Shown here piece by piece: positions 52,556 through 64,000 of a stretch of DNA of 64,000 nt. This stretch comes from Ylistrum balloti (lineage: Eukaryota). The DNA is taken from positions 682,001 through 746,000 of the forward strand of contig NW_026781979.1 of NCBI RefSeq assembly GCF_031769215.1. The letters run 5' to 3'. Both the position numbers and the translations under genes were made by a program. Numbering within the stretch: the stretch's first letter is position 1; every line of letters begins with the position of its first letter. The notes beneath the pieces are model-generated. The model saw only the letters and a program-made list of their open reading frames with translations. It was not told the origin of the DNA and made no database searches.

Positions 52556-54637
52556 ATGGAGTGGTGTGCGTTAATTCTGTCGCTTCTGCTGGCATCCTGT
52601 TGCTCTTTGATCAACTGCCAGAGATATAGAATAATTAATTCTGCATCTGGACCAGTCCGTGGGATTGCTGCGCAGAATCGAGGTGAGGTGGTTTATCAGT
52701 TCCGAAAAATTCCTTTTGCAAAACCTCCTGTTGGTACTCTGAGATTACGGAAACCTGTTCCATTCGGCAGATGGACCAATGTTTTAGATGGCACTTCCTT
52801 TGGACCGTCCTGCTATCAGAAGGCTGAGTCTATTTCACCTTCTTTACCGAATACGGAAATGTCGGAGGATTGTCTGCATTTGAATATATACACACCAATC
52901 AACGCCTCTCCGAATAATACCAAAAGTGTAATGATCTGGATACACGGTGGGGGTTATTTAGAAGGCCAGTCATTTTATTATGACGCATTCAACCTTGTAA
53001 CTAAAGGGGATGTTATAGTGGTTACTGTTAACTACAGATTAGGTTTACTTGGATTCTTCAGTACAATGGATGACGCTTCGCGCGGTAACTATGGATTGTG
53101 GGATCAAAGGCTCGCAATGCAATGGGTTAAGGCCAATATCGAAGCTTTTGGTGGAAATCCCAATTCTATCACAATCTTTGGTGAATCTGCCGGCGCGTTT
53201 AGTGTGGGATTACATGCTCTTTTACCACAAAACCAAGGTCTATTCCAACGGGTAATTGCCGAGAGTGGAACAGGCAATTCACCTTTTGCATTAAACATAG
53301 AGCCGGAAGTACATGCAAGGAGATATGGCATCGGTCTCAATTGTCTGAATGAAAACGATATTAATTTTGATTCTGAAATGTTACTTAAATGCATCAGAGG
53401 AAAAAGTGCACAAGAAATCATACAAACTCAAAACAGCCTCGACATTATTAACTACGCTAACGCTACCCTTACCATACCCAACGCCCCTGTAGTTGATGGA
53501 GAATTGATCATACACCATCCCAGCGCCATAATAGCCAATACCTCGTCGACAGAATCAAGTTTCTTCCGCTCTCTTGATGTTATTATCGGTACTACTGATT
53601 CGGAAGGGTCCCTTATTAACGATGAATTCATGAATTACCTTGAAAAACAGTACAATTTTAATTATTCGCGTTCAATACCTACGATCGTGTTGTGTAATTC
53701 CTATGCGCGGATGATTGCAAAGGATTTCTTTAATAACAATACCGACGTTTCCGAGGCTATATGTAAGAAATATAGCAGCACAGATGAAATTGAGCAGAGC
53801 AGAAATATCGTCAACATGTACTCCGATTTTTCTATGATTGCTCCGGCATTAAGATCTCTAGACTGCCATTCTGCTCCTGGACTAACAATGGGTCGAAACA
53901 CTTATCAGTATTTGTTCACCAGGCAATATCCATTTAAATTGTACCCCCAACCCACCTGGTTCAAAGGGGCTTGGCATGCTGCAGAACTTCCATATCTTTT
54001 CGGGCCGTCAATTATATGGTCAGTATCGAATCCCATCTCTTTTTCCGATGAAATGTTGTCAGAGAAGATGATTAGATACTGGACAAATTTTGCCAAAAAT
54101 GGGTATGTATTATGCAATTTCTGCATCTGTAATTTATACATTACATTTTTAGTTTATCGCTTTAACAATGCAATATACAATATCACTTTTAAGTATATTT
54201 GATTTAACATTAAAACAATTATCTGGTGTAGAAATCGAGAGAAACACAATAAACAGTGAAATGTATCTATATATCTTATTTAGATTTAGATTTTTTATTC
54301 CCTTACTTGTACCAATAATATGGTCTTTTCCACATGAAGTCTATCAAACTTAAAATACCTAAAAGTTGCTTGTAGTAGTTCATGTCACATTGTCTTTGTC
54401 ATTAGCCATCGTTTCAAATGTGTATTATCTACTGTTCCTCTCTCGTTTTTCTTTGTTAGCTCACCAAACGGCCCGCATGTCCCCTACTGGCCTAGATACG
54501 ACTCAGTGGGCAGACTTTATCAGTACCTGAATTTCAACATAGCTCCGGCATACAATTTGAACCCGGAGAGAATACAGTTTTGGAACCAGTATCTGCCATC
54601 ACTGGACAGGACAAGAGCAAACGTAGTGTTAGGATAA
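52556..54637 (+). CDS. Type-B carboxylesterase paralogue F (exons 52556-54102, 54460-54637; 574 aa)
   Basis: Signal-peptide-like MEWCALILSLLLASCCS, IPFAKPP, SEDCL, WIHGGG, GESAG, IGTTDSEG, GAWHAAE; GG|gtatgt donor; terminal exon SPNGPHVPYWPRYD...FWNQYLPSLDRTRANVVLG*. Confidence 0.93.
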
Positions 54638-57607
54638 CGCGAATCGTTTTCACAGATATTAAGATACGGATCTTGTTACTGCTTTGCTGTGTACGTAGAA
54701 ATGAATTGGAAAATATGTATGCTGTAAACATCCAAACGTAAAGAATTTTTATCCTCATCAATGAATTAGGTATCCGATAACACTGAGTAAAAAATTTTAT
54801 CTTATCCGAAGGGGAAAATCCAGTAATTCAAATAGCCGATTCATCGAACGATCAAAAAAGAACATTGTAACGTTATTGTAGAGGGCAATGTAAATGTATC
54901 GTTTCGTAAGATATTGGCAATGGTGAATTAACGATTGATAAAGTATTTGCTATATAAATCAATGTACAGATATTTAAATGTAAAATTATGATTTTTAAAT
55001 ATAATGTGTCATTTGAGAATGTGACATCATCTACATGGATTGACAAGATAAAGATAAAGGCGCTCACTCTTCTGGTACAACTTGTCTAATTTTCCGTTTC
55101 GGTTTTTTGTAAGGTTTTCATCTATTTTTCCTTTTGCTCAGTTTTTCATCGTCTCAACGTTTTGCTCTTCCTGCGAAGAAGTTTCTAATCACTGCGGAAA
55201 ACATCACTATTCGTTAAGATCTATCCACATGGAATTATTTACCTCAATGAATTCATTTACCTGTTTATGGAAATTTAAACATAATTGTGACACAGACTCA
55301 TCAAACGGCTTGTTATCTATCCACCATCTCTTTTAAATGTATTGTTTATATTGTTAGGATTCTTACAAAATACATTTAAAGTAATTGAAAATCATTTAGC
55401 TATGTTAAATAAGGACTGTAACAATACCTCCGTGAAAATAGTTACACTTACTAATATTTCCTGGAGCGATGTGATTGTTAACATCTTTATACTCGTGTAA
55501 AAGGAATGTTGTGTTTTCACTTTCACTGAAGCAGATATATAAAAAAAAAACACAGAGTTTGGCATTAGTCCTAACTGTGCTTTTATTGCATGGCAAAACT
55601 AAATTGCATTCAAGTGCTAATGTATTGAATATAATAGAAGATATCTATTGTAATCTCTTAAAGATATGCTAGTAACAAAAATAATTCTGCATATCTAATT
55701 TGAGAATCCAGTGCTTCTCAAGAAATAGCAAACTTCTATTGTCAAAATCAAAGATTACACCCTGCCTGCCATTCCGTTTTTCTGATCAATTCCAAAATTA
55801 AGAGGGCACAAATAGGCGCAATGGAAAGCCTACAATAGCATTTGAAAAATATCCATCCATTATAAAACCGGACATAAGTTTCCGTTTAATATGTAATTTT
55901 ATGAAAATCAGTCATGTGATAAAAAAGATCTAAAATTCATTTCAATTAATCAAATTCTCTCTTAAAAGTTTCTTAGACTCGTTATATGAATTATGCGTCA
56001 AATGGAAACGATTAAAGATCGTTTTTATCACAAGATTTTTCAGGCAATTAGGAGATCTTCGTCAAACTTGAAGTCTTTACTTATGGTCTCCATACCTACT
56101 GACCTTCTGGAAATTTGTGACGCCATCTAATTGTCTAAAGCATTTCAAATATACATGGAATGCGCAAAAATATGACAGGAATATTCACTGAATAACAAGT
56201 AAATCATACGATGCTTGAAAGTAGAAATGAAGATAAGGATTTGTTCTGTTAGTTATGCAGATAAGCCAAACACTGAACATCTCTTCCTGAAAATATGGAC
56301 CTCGTTTGTATTAATATAGAACGCTTTTATTTTCTTAATAAAACTATGATAAAGTGAAGTGCACTGAGCCAGCTAATTTCCTTTCTGTGAATCTATTTCA
56401 CTGTCTTCCGACATTGAGCAGGGTTCACTCTATATTTTTATCAAAAATTGGATATGAATAATACAAATACTGTTTCAAGTATGTGATATATTTATATATA
56501 TATATTCGCCAAGCTTGGATGTGGTCAAATATCACAAAAAGATATATTTTTCCACTGAAAGGTGTTCTAAAATCAATTGAAATCCAGAAATGTGCAACTA
56601 TAATAAGCTGCTTTATGTAGATTCACGAAGGGGAGGTTTACCTTTAGAGCAGAATGTTATGTTCAATAAAACAAGAGTTTCTGTATTATATAAGTGAATA
56701 AGAATATATATGGGTTGAATGCTCTTTCTAGAGGAAAATCTCTTTCAGTGCACAAGCATTTTATTCGTAAAAGTACGCTAAATGTGTAATGAACTAAGGC
56801 ATATTTTTATTAACATATGGGCGTGGCTTTATCAACTTCAAAACAGTGAAGGGGCTTTGTGAAAAAGATGAAAAATCTCCAACTAAAGACACTGGAGAGC
56901 AAAACATGAATATCCTTAATATGTCATTTACTTGGTGCATTTTGTATAAGATGGTACACTACACATATTTCTGTTTGACGATGTCAAGTTTTAATGAAAC
57001 GTGCTATTTTGAAACAGGACAGTCGACTTTGCTAGCTTTACATTGTTTTATTTTTTCTTCAAGCAAAACATAATCTAATCAGATACGAATTATGATTAAG
57101 CACATCATTCAAACAACCACCTTTTCTTTATTCTGTCTTAATGTTGATTCCTTGTAACTGTTTTATGAATCTTGGATCCGTGTCTATCTTCCTTCTTTGT
57201 CTGATGTTCTTATCTTGTGTGCGCTGCTTTTAATCTCAGCATGTAAATATGGGGCATGAATCTTGTCGTAAACATTATAGAGTTACCTCCCCTCTTAAAA
57301 CAAAGTCATTCGTATGTGTCAGTCTTATTTGTTTATCAATTTTCATTAACATTTTAATACAACGTATCAATTTGTCCTCAATGATAATACTGTGTATCGA
57401 TTAATACAATTACACCTGGCGTACATATAGAGGAGATTATATCAATAGTAACATCTTGGAAGTCATTAAAATAATAAACTCTGCATAGGATGGTAAACTT
57501 GTAACATATGGTAGTAAGCAGACATTTTTATTCAGTATTGACAATACATTTCCAATGGTTATAAGATCAGTATTGATACATGTCTGGCACTGATCGTTAG
57601 TAAAATC

Positions 57608-60600
57608 TCACTCAGCCATCCTTACTATTGAAGGCTTTTCAGCCTCGATTTCGTCCAATCTGTTATGAAGGGAATCGTCAACAAAGTTGAGAATTCGCCT
57701 GAGGCTACGGAGAGACAAGATGTTGATGTTTTGGTCGAGGTCTGCCTCACGATGGTAATTTTTGACAGGAAGAACTTGTGATTGGGGCAATCCCATCATC
57801 ATTGAAACTCTTTCTACACATTCTTTCACTGCACTGCTGAAGAAAACTTTGCTGATGTCTTCAGATGTCTTCTGACAGATCCTGTCAATGTTAGTCAACA
57901 AAACAGCCTGTGGTACCACTGTAAAGAACAAAACCTTCAATTTCACATCGTATCAGATTCAGTTTGTGGCTATGCTTGTTGCTTATATTTTATTCATGTT
58001 GACAAAATACAGCTACTGAAAAAGTATATGATGCAGATGTGTGAGGTATATGCATCTGTGATACATATTGATAAAGGAAAAGAATAAAATAAAAATCAAT
58101 TGTTTACATCTCTGATTCATCGATGTCTGCATTGCTTTTATTTGCTCAATCACTTTCTCCGACATGACGTCAACCGTGCTAGAGTCCAGGACAAACGCCA
58201 CACAGTGGATTTTATTTGACAGCGTAGGATTCTTCACGAACCCGATGCTGTCGGGAGATAGTGGAACGGCAGAGTTGAACTGTAAATTGTCAAAGTACAT
58301 TACTATGAACATATGTATTAAGTCATTTATATAATCATATGTTATTGGTGAACCGTTCGCAAGTTGCGAAAATATACTACAGTTCATATCTGTTTAATGC
58401 AATTAAGATTTTACATGTAAGTGTACAGTCACAGTTAAACGTAGTCTACGAGAAACAATCATTGTATAAATTAGATTTAAAGATTGTTTACGATATTTGT
58501 CATGCATATATTTGCAAGTACAGATATGTATATTTTTGTGAACTTGTCTTAACCGTGCTATAAAGTTTGGATATATTCTAACTCATTTAACCAAAGCTGA
58601 CGTCATGAATATACGCATGACAGCAAGAGGTCAACAAAGTTTGCATGACTTCGAATAACCTCGTTAAGTTAAAAAAAACACCTAAATGAATATTTGAAAA
58701 ATACCAAGAGAAATTGAATCCCCTCTTCTGTTATTTCCTGACCAATTAAGATATGTATTGAAAAATGCATTGTCATTTACCTTATACTTTTCAGGCACAT
58801 GGCCATCCAGTAAAAAGCCAATCTCTTGGTCAGTAAGGCCTTGATCCTCTTCTAACCCTCGTGTGTCACATAAACGGAAGTTAAGGGGTTTACCACCAGG
58901 CCCGTCCCTGACTTGGTACAACCGGAACTTTAATATAGCCAAGTTCTATCAATTACATTCCATACATAGATACATTTGTATCAAAGATGATCCTACAATG
59001 GATATATAGACCGCAGAAATCAATTTGCGAAGTCGTCATCATCTTTATGTAGCACAGACCTTTTTTTTCGAATGCCATATCAATATATTGAAAAGTTCAA
59101 TAAGTTAATTATGGCAAGAATGCTGATGTGAGATTTTATTCCTCACTGAATTTTTGTCCGAAATATATCTCGAATCTGTTTCCTGATAAAGAAGGTTGAT
59201 TTCGCGCCGAACTAGATATTTAAATGCTGGTTATCAAGTCAAATAGAGCTAATAGCTCCATTTTAACATAAGCATATAACATTGCACAATATTCAAGTGA
59301 TTAAATTGTAGGCTATGCAAAAGGCAAATTTTGTATAAAGACCATAAATTGATCAAATAAGCTACATTCCTCAAAATTTCTATGTATTATGAAATGAACT
59401 TGTATGCCGTCAACGGACAAGATATTTTAATGGGTAATGAATCAAGATACCACCAATAAAATTTCACACACTTGCTTTTCCGCATCCCAATACGTGTGCA
59501 TATACATAAAGTTTCATTAATTGATTTCGAATTACTATGTATTTACGACAACAATTCAGGGATTTAATCTACGAAGATTGATTAACTACTTTACATTGTG
59601 GTTAGATAATGTACATCTATTATCAGTCACCATGCTATCTAACAACAACAAAATATTCATACTAGAAATACACAATCACTCACAAATATGTTATATCTAC
59701 ATGTATATTAAGTTACATTATCCCCAATTGGTAAATTTTTGTCTTTTGGTGAAAGAGAAATCATGAACAGGTGGCGGTAGTGTCAGTATAACGTGATGAA
59801 ATGTAATGTTAAATTACAATTTCAAGACTTGCCAGATGGTAGTGTCGTGTAATCACATTTAATGTCCATGTTCAGGTCAATAGTGTTACCCGTTAGTCTT
59901 GGTCTCATCTGTGTTTGTAATTGTTAATATGTATGTCAAGCGTCTGGCTGAATAGAATGTTGTTGTTACTAGACATGGTGTTTTTTTGTATGTGACAGGT
60001 AGTACAATGAACTCATACAACCACTTAAATAATCTTAACTTTCATGAACCTCGTCTTCATATATAATAGTGCATGTTGCGAGGACACACCATTACGCCAA
60101 CTCTACCACAAAAATGCAAAGCAAAATGGACTGTGTACTTCCCTACAATCCATTTTTATCAATGTGTAATGTTGCAATAAGCTTTTCATGGCCAGATGCA
60201 TGTATTGTGCAATGGTGACTTAATACTGTTCTGGCGAATTTTGCCATTATATGTTGGACCGTGTTCGCACCGTTTTTTTACACTTAGATCTGAATGAGAA
60301 ACAAAGGAATGTCACATTTAATATGTCCCATTCTATGATATACGACAGTGTTATTGGAATTTAGAACTCTGCAATATGTCGAGTGAGGAATATGGATAAT
60401 AACTTTTTCCTATTCGGAGTTTCGCCAATGTAAATAAAGAGCGGCAACTTTGTTACAATATCTTGAGCTGACGTTATTGAGACGTTTTAGAACCGTTAAT
60501 CGGATTTGTAACACAAAAAAAATTGACTATACTTTAAGATATGAAATTTGGTGAAAGTAACGAGCACAAGGCTCTACCGATGGAAGTTTGGAAAGTTATG

Positions 60601-62708
60601 TGTAGAAAAGGAGGACGGAATCAGTCAAGATCAAAGATTTCAATCATACTTTATACTCACGGAAGTTGTCAAACTGTGTTCTGCACTTCCAGCGTTAGCT
60701 TGAACACTTATGTGTCCACGGTATATGGAGTTAATGGTGTTGAAGAAGCTGGACTTTCCAGCCCCAACCTGCCCGACCAAGAGAATGTTTGCCTGCTTGA
60801 GGTTCAATCCGGCTAATGGTTTATAAGTGGCCACTTTTTCTTTTAACATCTCCTCGTGCTAGATATGATATAATCAAAAGCGTTTTACTGCTGAAAGGTT
60901 TTTAACGTCAAAATAATAAAGACGATCCAGTCCATCTTTTCGACAATTTTGTTAAAATTTCATATTGAATAAGAGCCACATAGGTCTAATTGGTCGCCTT
61001 AACTGAGATGTCACTATTTCCGTTTGTCTTAAGTAAAAAGGAGTAGGTAAACCAAATAACTTTATTATATTAAAATTTCGGAAATAGAAATAAAAAAAAC
61101 ATTTTGAATGTGCGAGTACTAACTACTAAACAGATAATTGATTTATAATGTTTTCGATTTCGTCTGAGACAAATTGCCATGAAATGTTCCTGTATAATTT
61201 TATTTAACCAGTTTAACGGATAAAACACTATCGTAATTGCTTCCCAAAACTACATCTACTGTTTCCAATTGTCTTATTTTGGATTATCTACAACTATACC
61301 TACTTTAGAACTCCAGTCGATGTTTGGTATCCACGGCCTTTCCATCACCCGATTTGACTCTAGTAGCAAGTCCTCTTGTCGTTGTTCCTCCAAGGTTTTC
61401 TCTGTAGATAATGCAATGGATGGAAAGAAGCATAAGTGTTTACCATATTTAAACATGCAAATAAAATGTACGTCAAAATAGGGAATTTTGAATTGATGTG
61501 GTGAAAAAGGAATTATATGGATATCAGAGACCAGTAAGTTATTTTCAGGAGCCATTACAAAATAAATTAAAAGCAAAACGTTGTTATAAGAAAACGAAAA
61601 CAAATTGGTGACCAGATGGTGTTTGCAAATACTATTCCACCTCGGGTCACATGCCTTTCCAATATGGTCCAATTAGAGTGATCAACAAAAGCGAATAATA
61701 CTTCCACAAAATTGAAACATAAGCAAGCAAAGTATTACTGAAGATGGCAAAATCTTCGAGCAATAACGATGAATTAATAAAACAGCATCCGTCTGGTTTA
61801 TGATTATAAATGTCCTGTCAACAGCGATGGTCTTTTCAGGACGGTTTCCTGGTATATGCAAGGTGACTTCATGTATTGAGTGCGTGTGGTTTGAGGAGGC
61901 TGCAATATCATCATGTAAGCCTCCTTTTAATAGTTCGGAAGTGAACCACAGTGAAGCATACTTAATTTTTTGACAGAAATATTATTAAAAGTGTTTCTTC
62001 CATTCCCATCTCACCGAAAATCTTTTTGTCTGTAAATACGCAAGAATTAATACACTCATCTGATGCAGTAATTTTCAGTAAATCGTGACAATTGATTTGC
62101 AGTAGCGCTAGTATCACAAATTAGAAATAAAACTTACATAAAAGAAAACATTTGTAAAATTATAGAAAAAGTCTACCTTGAACACTGTACACCTTCAGTT
62201 CCAGGACATTTTGATGACCATTCATTACAGTGTTGTAATCTTGTCCCAGCATGTCGTATGTGTTACCAAGATTTACTTTTCCATTCAACGGGAAATAATT
62301 ACCGGATTTGTCCACATTTCCATCGAAGCAATGTAAGTCATGTCCATTTCCAAAAGTTGGCCCACAAGATTCTTTATTATACATGGCATTTGTTCCATTA
62401 TTTTTGGTTGGAAACTTCATTGGATTTTCTTTACCATTGTACTCCAGTTTAAAGAGAAATGCATGAGCATCGTCGACATATGTGATATTGGAAGTCCAGT
62501 TTTCAGCGGTATACCCCCCGTACACCGATTTGTCAGTATTGTACAGGACGGTGACAGTTGGCCCTTTATTATTACAGTAATTATGAAATGTGTTGGCATT
62601 ACATCCGTCTCTACTGATCTTGTACAGTAGTATGAACTTGTGTCTTTTCGTTGGGTCGATCCATTTGGATAGTTGATTCCTGTGGGTCTGTGTTAACTTC
62701 GTCGCCAT
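57608..62708 (-). CDS. IFI44L: TLDc-domain + P-loop GTPase-like protein, interferon-induced protein 44-like (6 exons; 485 aa)
   Basis: Exons 62708-62177, 61401-61304, 60858-60661, 58927-58781, 58279-58108, 57918-57608 with consistent phases (1458 nt). TLDc LLYKISRDG..FHNYCNNKGPTV..YGGYT..AFLF; G1 GQVGAGKS, G3 DTRG, IHCVAFV, G4-position LLTNID, VLPVKNY. Family-level call; orthology to vertebrate IFI44L is not established. Confidence 0.88.
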
Positions 62709-63506
62709 TTACTTAACTACCAACAAATAAATCAAACAATACAATTCATGATAACTGAGACTTTTGTAAAACAAATTATTGTGTCCTTGTATTACATGTT
62801 TGTCTCTTCCTCAAAATACGTATACTGACGAATAAAACTAAGGAACTAGCAGAATCAATTATGAACATTGTTTCAATATTGGCCTAATGTTCATTAATCG
62901 AATACAAACTACGCAAATCCGTACCCTGGTAATTGTCCGGTATTTTTGAAAACTAATATAAAAGCATGCATGCTTATAATACTATTAGTAACATTGTATG
63001 CACATAAAACCATCTTATATGGAAGGGTTCTATATTTCTATTGTTATCTCAGTATTTTTCTTATCTTAAACTTTCTGTTTACAAATGTTTGAAAATATTA
63101 TTTTAAATTATCTCTATTTCATTCTTCAATTTCATATCTCAAACATTTTTTCAACTTTCACGTTTCAATTTTCTATTCCAAACTTACAACCTTTTTGCAA
63201 GGACATAACTATAAAACACTTCAAGTAAATACCAACACGTCAACATAATCATAATCCAAACACAAATTCCATAAAACTACGGCAAGATATGAACAAAAGA
63301 AAGTCTCCTGGAAAAGGACAAATCTGGCATCGCATATATTGTTATTGTAAAATTGTCATTTTTTAAAATTGCCAAAAACACAATAACGGTTCATTCTATA
63401 GCATTCGTGCAAATTATATCATTTGTAGGTAACCTACAGGGCTAACTTTTTACCCAAGCAGTTAATACAAAATCTGTCTTATACAAAGTTTGCTGTGGGA
63501 TGTAGG

Positions 63507-63542
63507 TGAGAGAGAGAGGGAGAGAGAGAGAGGGAGAGAGAG
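63507..63542. repeat. GA-rich microsatellite
   Basis: gagagagagggagagagagagggagagagag. Confidence 0.85.
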
Positions 63543-64000
63543 TGGACAATTTTGTCCCCAAGAGCACTTCAAATCTTGTAGTTTTTTAAGCATGGATATA
63601 GAAATAACTGATAACTTAATGGAGGAGTCCTCGCCTAGTATAATAATGACTTCCTTAGTAGGTTCCAAGGGTACAGGGCCTATTAATGAGATACAGAGTG
63701 TCCCTCGGATTGTCCTCATGGATGTCACTAATTTTACAAAAAAAAAACCGCTGAGCTGACAGCACTTTAAAAATTAGGACACTGCAGCAAAATTACAGCG
63801 GTAAAAACTAACCTATAAAACTGGTTGTTGCAGAAAGTAGCGCAACCTTGATTGTTTAACTATCACAGGAAGAACATAATCCGACAGTTAACCAGGTGAA
63901 TTGGATAGGCATTTAGATATCTGTTCAGAGTGTATAAATACATGTTTTTTCTTCTCAATTTTGTCGATCTTACAAACGACAAGTTTGTTCAAAGCCATTG

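Noticed and set aside
23648-53421. Antisense and alternative-frame ORFs overlapping the esterase exons
   Set aside because: Shadow ORFs of the coding exons; similarity among them reflects paralogy of the sense strand.
61420-62100. Moderately open frames in IFI44-like intron 1 (possible decayed transposon ORF)
   Set aside because: No catalytic motif recognised with confidence; only 61401-61304 has splice and homology support. A translated search would be needed.
63462-63759. Overlapping 88-89 aa ORFs at the right end
   Set aside because: Driven by the GA microsatellite; no domain or splice support.

Overview
AT-rich eukaryotic (intron-containing) genomic DNA, most likely a lophotrochozoan such as a bivalve mollusc (inference from the repeat families and gene content). 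Left third: 23 coding exons of the COPII coat gene SEC31 (+ strand, 2216-16711; the N-terminal exons lie left of the window). Middle: a cluster of six type-B carboxylesterase (alpha/beta-hydrolase) paralogues with identical two-coding-exon architecture; three are on the minus strand (21266-32232), then a 5'-truncated pseudogene and two intact genes on the plus strand (37769-54637). The strand switch is filled with retroelement and DNA-transposon debris. Right end: a six-exon TLDc + P-loop IFI44-like gene on the minus strand (57608-62708). Most unusual observation: a 22 x 39-bp minisatellite that copies the end of a SEC31 exon together with its splice donor. This gives 22 in-frame alternative donors, and only the last one is the perfect CAG|GTAAGT consensus. 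Other notable items: a duplicated SEC31 cassette exon, one near-intact and one decayed hammerhead ribozyme motif, active-site and C-terminal diversification among the esterases, and a homopolymer frameshift in one esterase. All coordinates were read by hand; no database searches were run.
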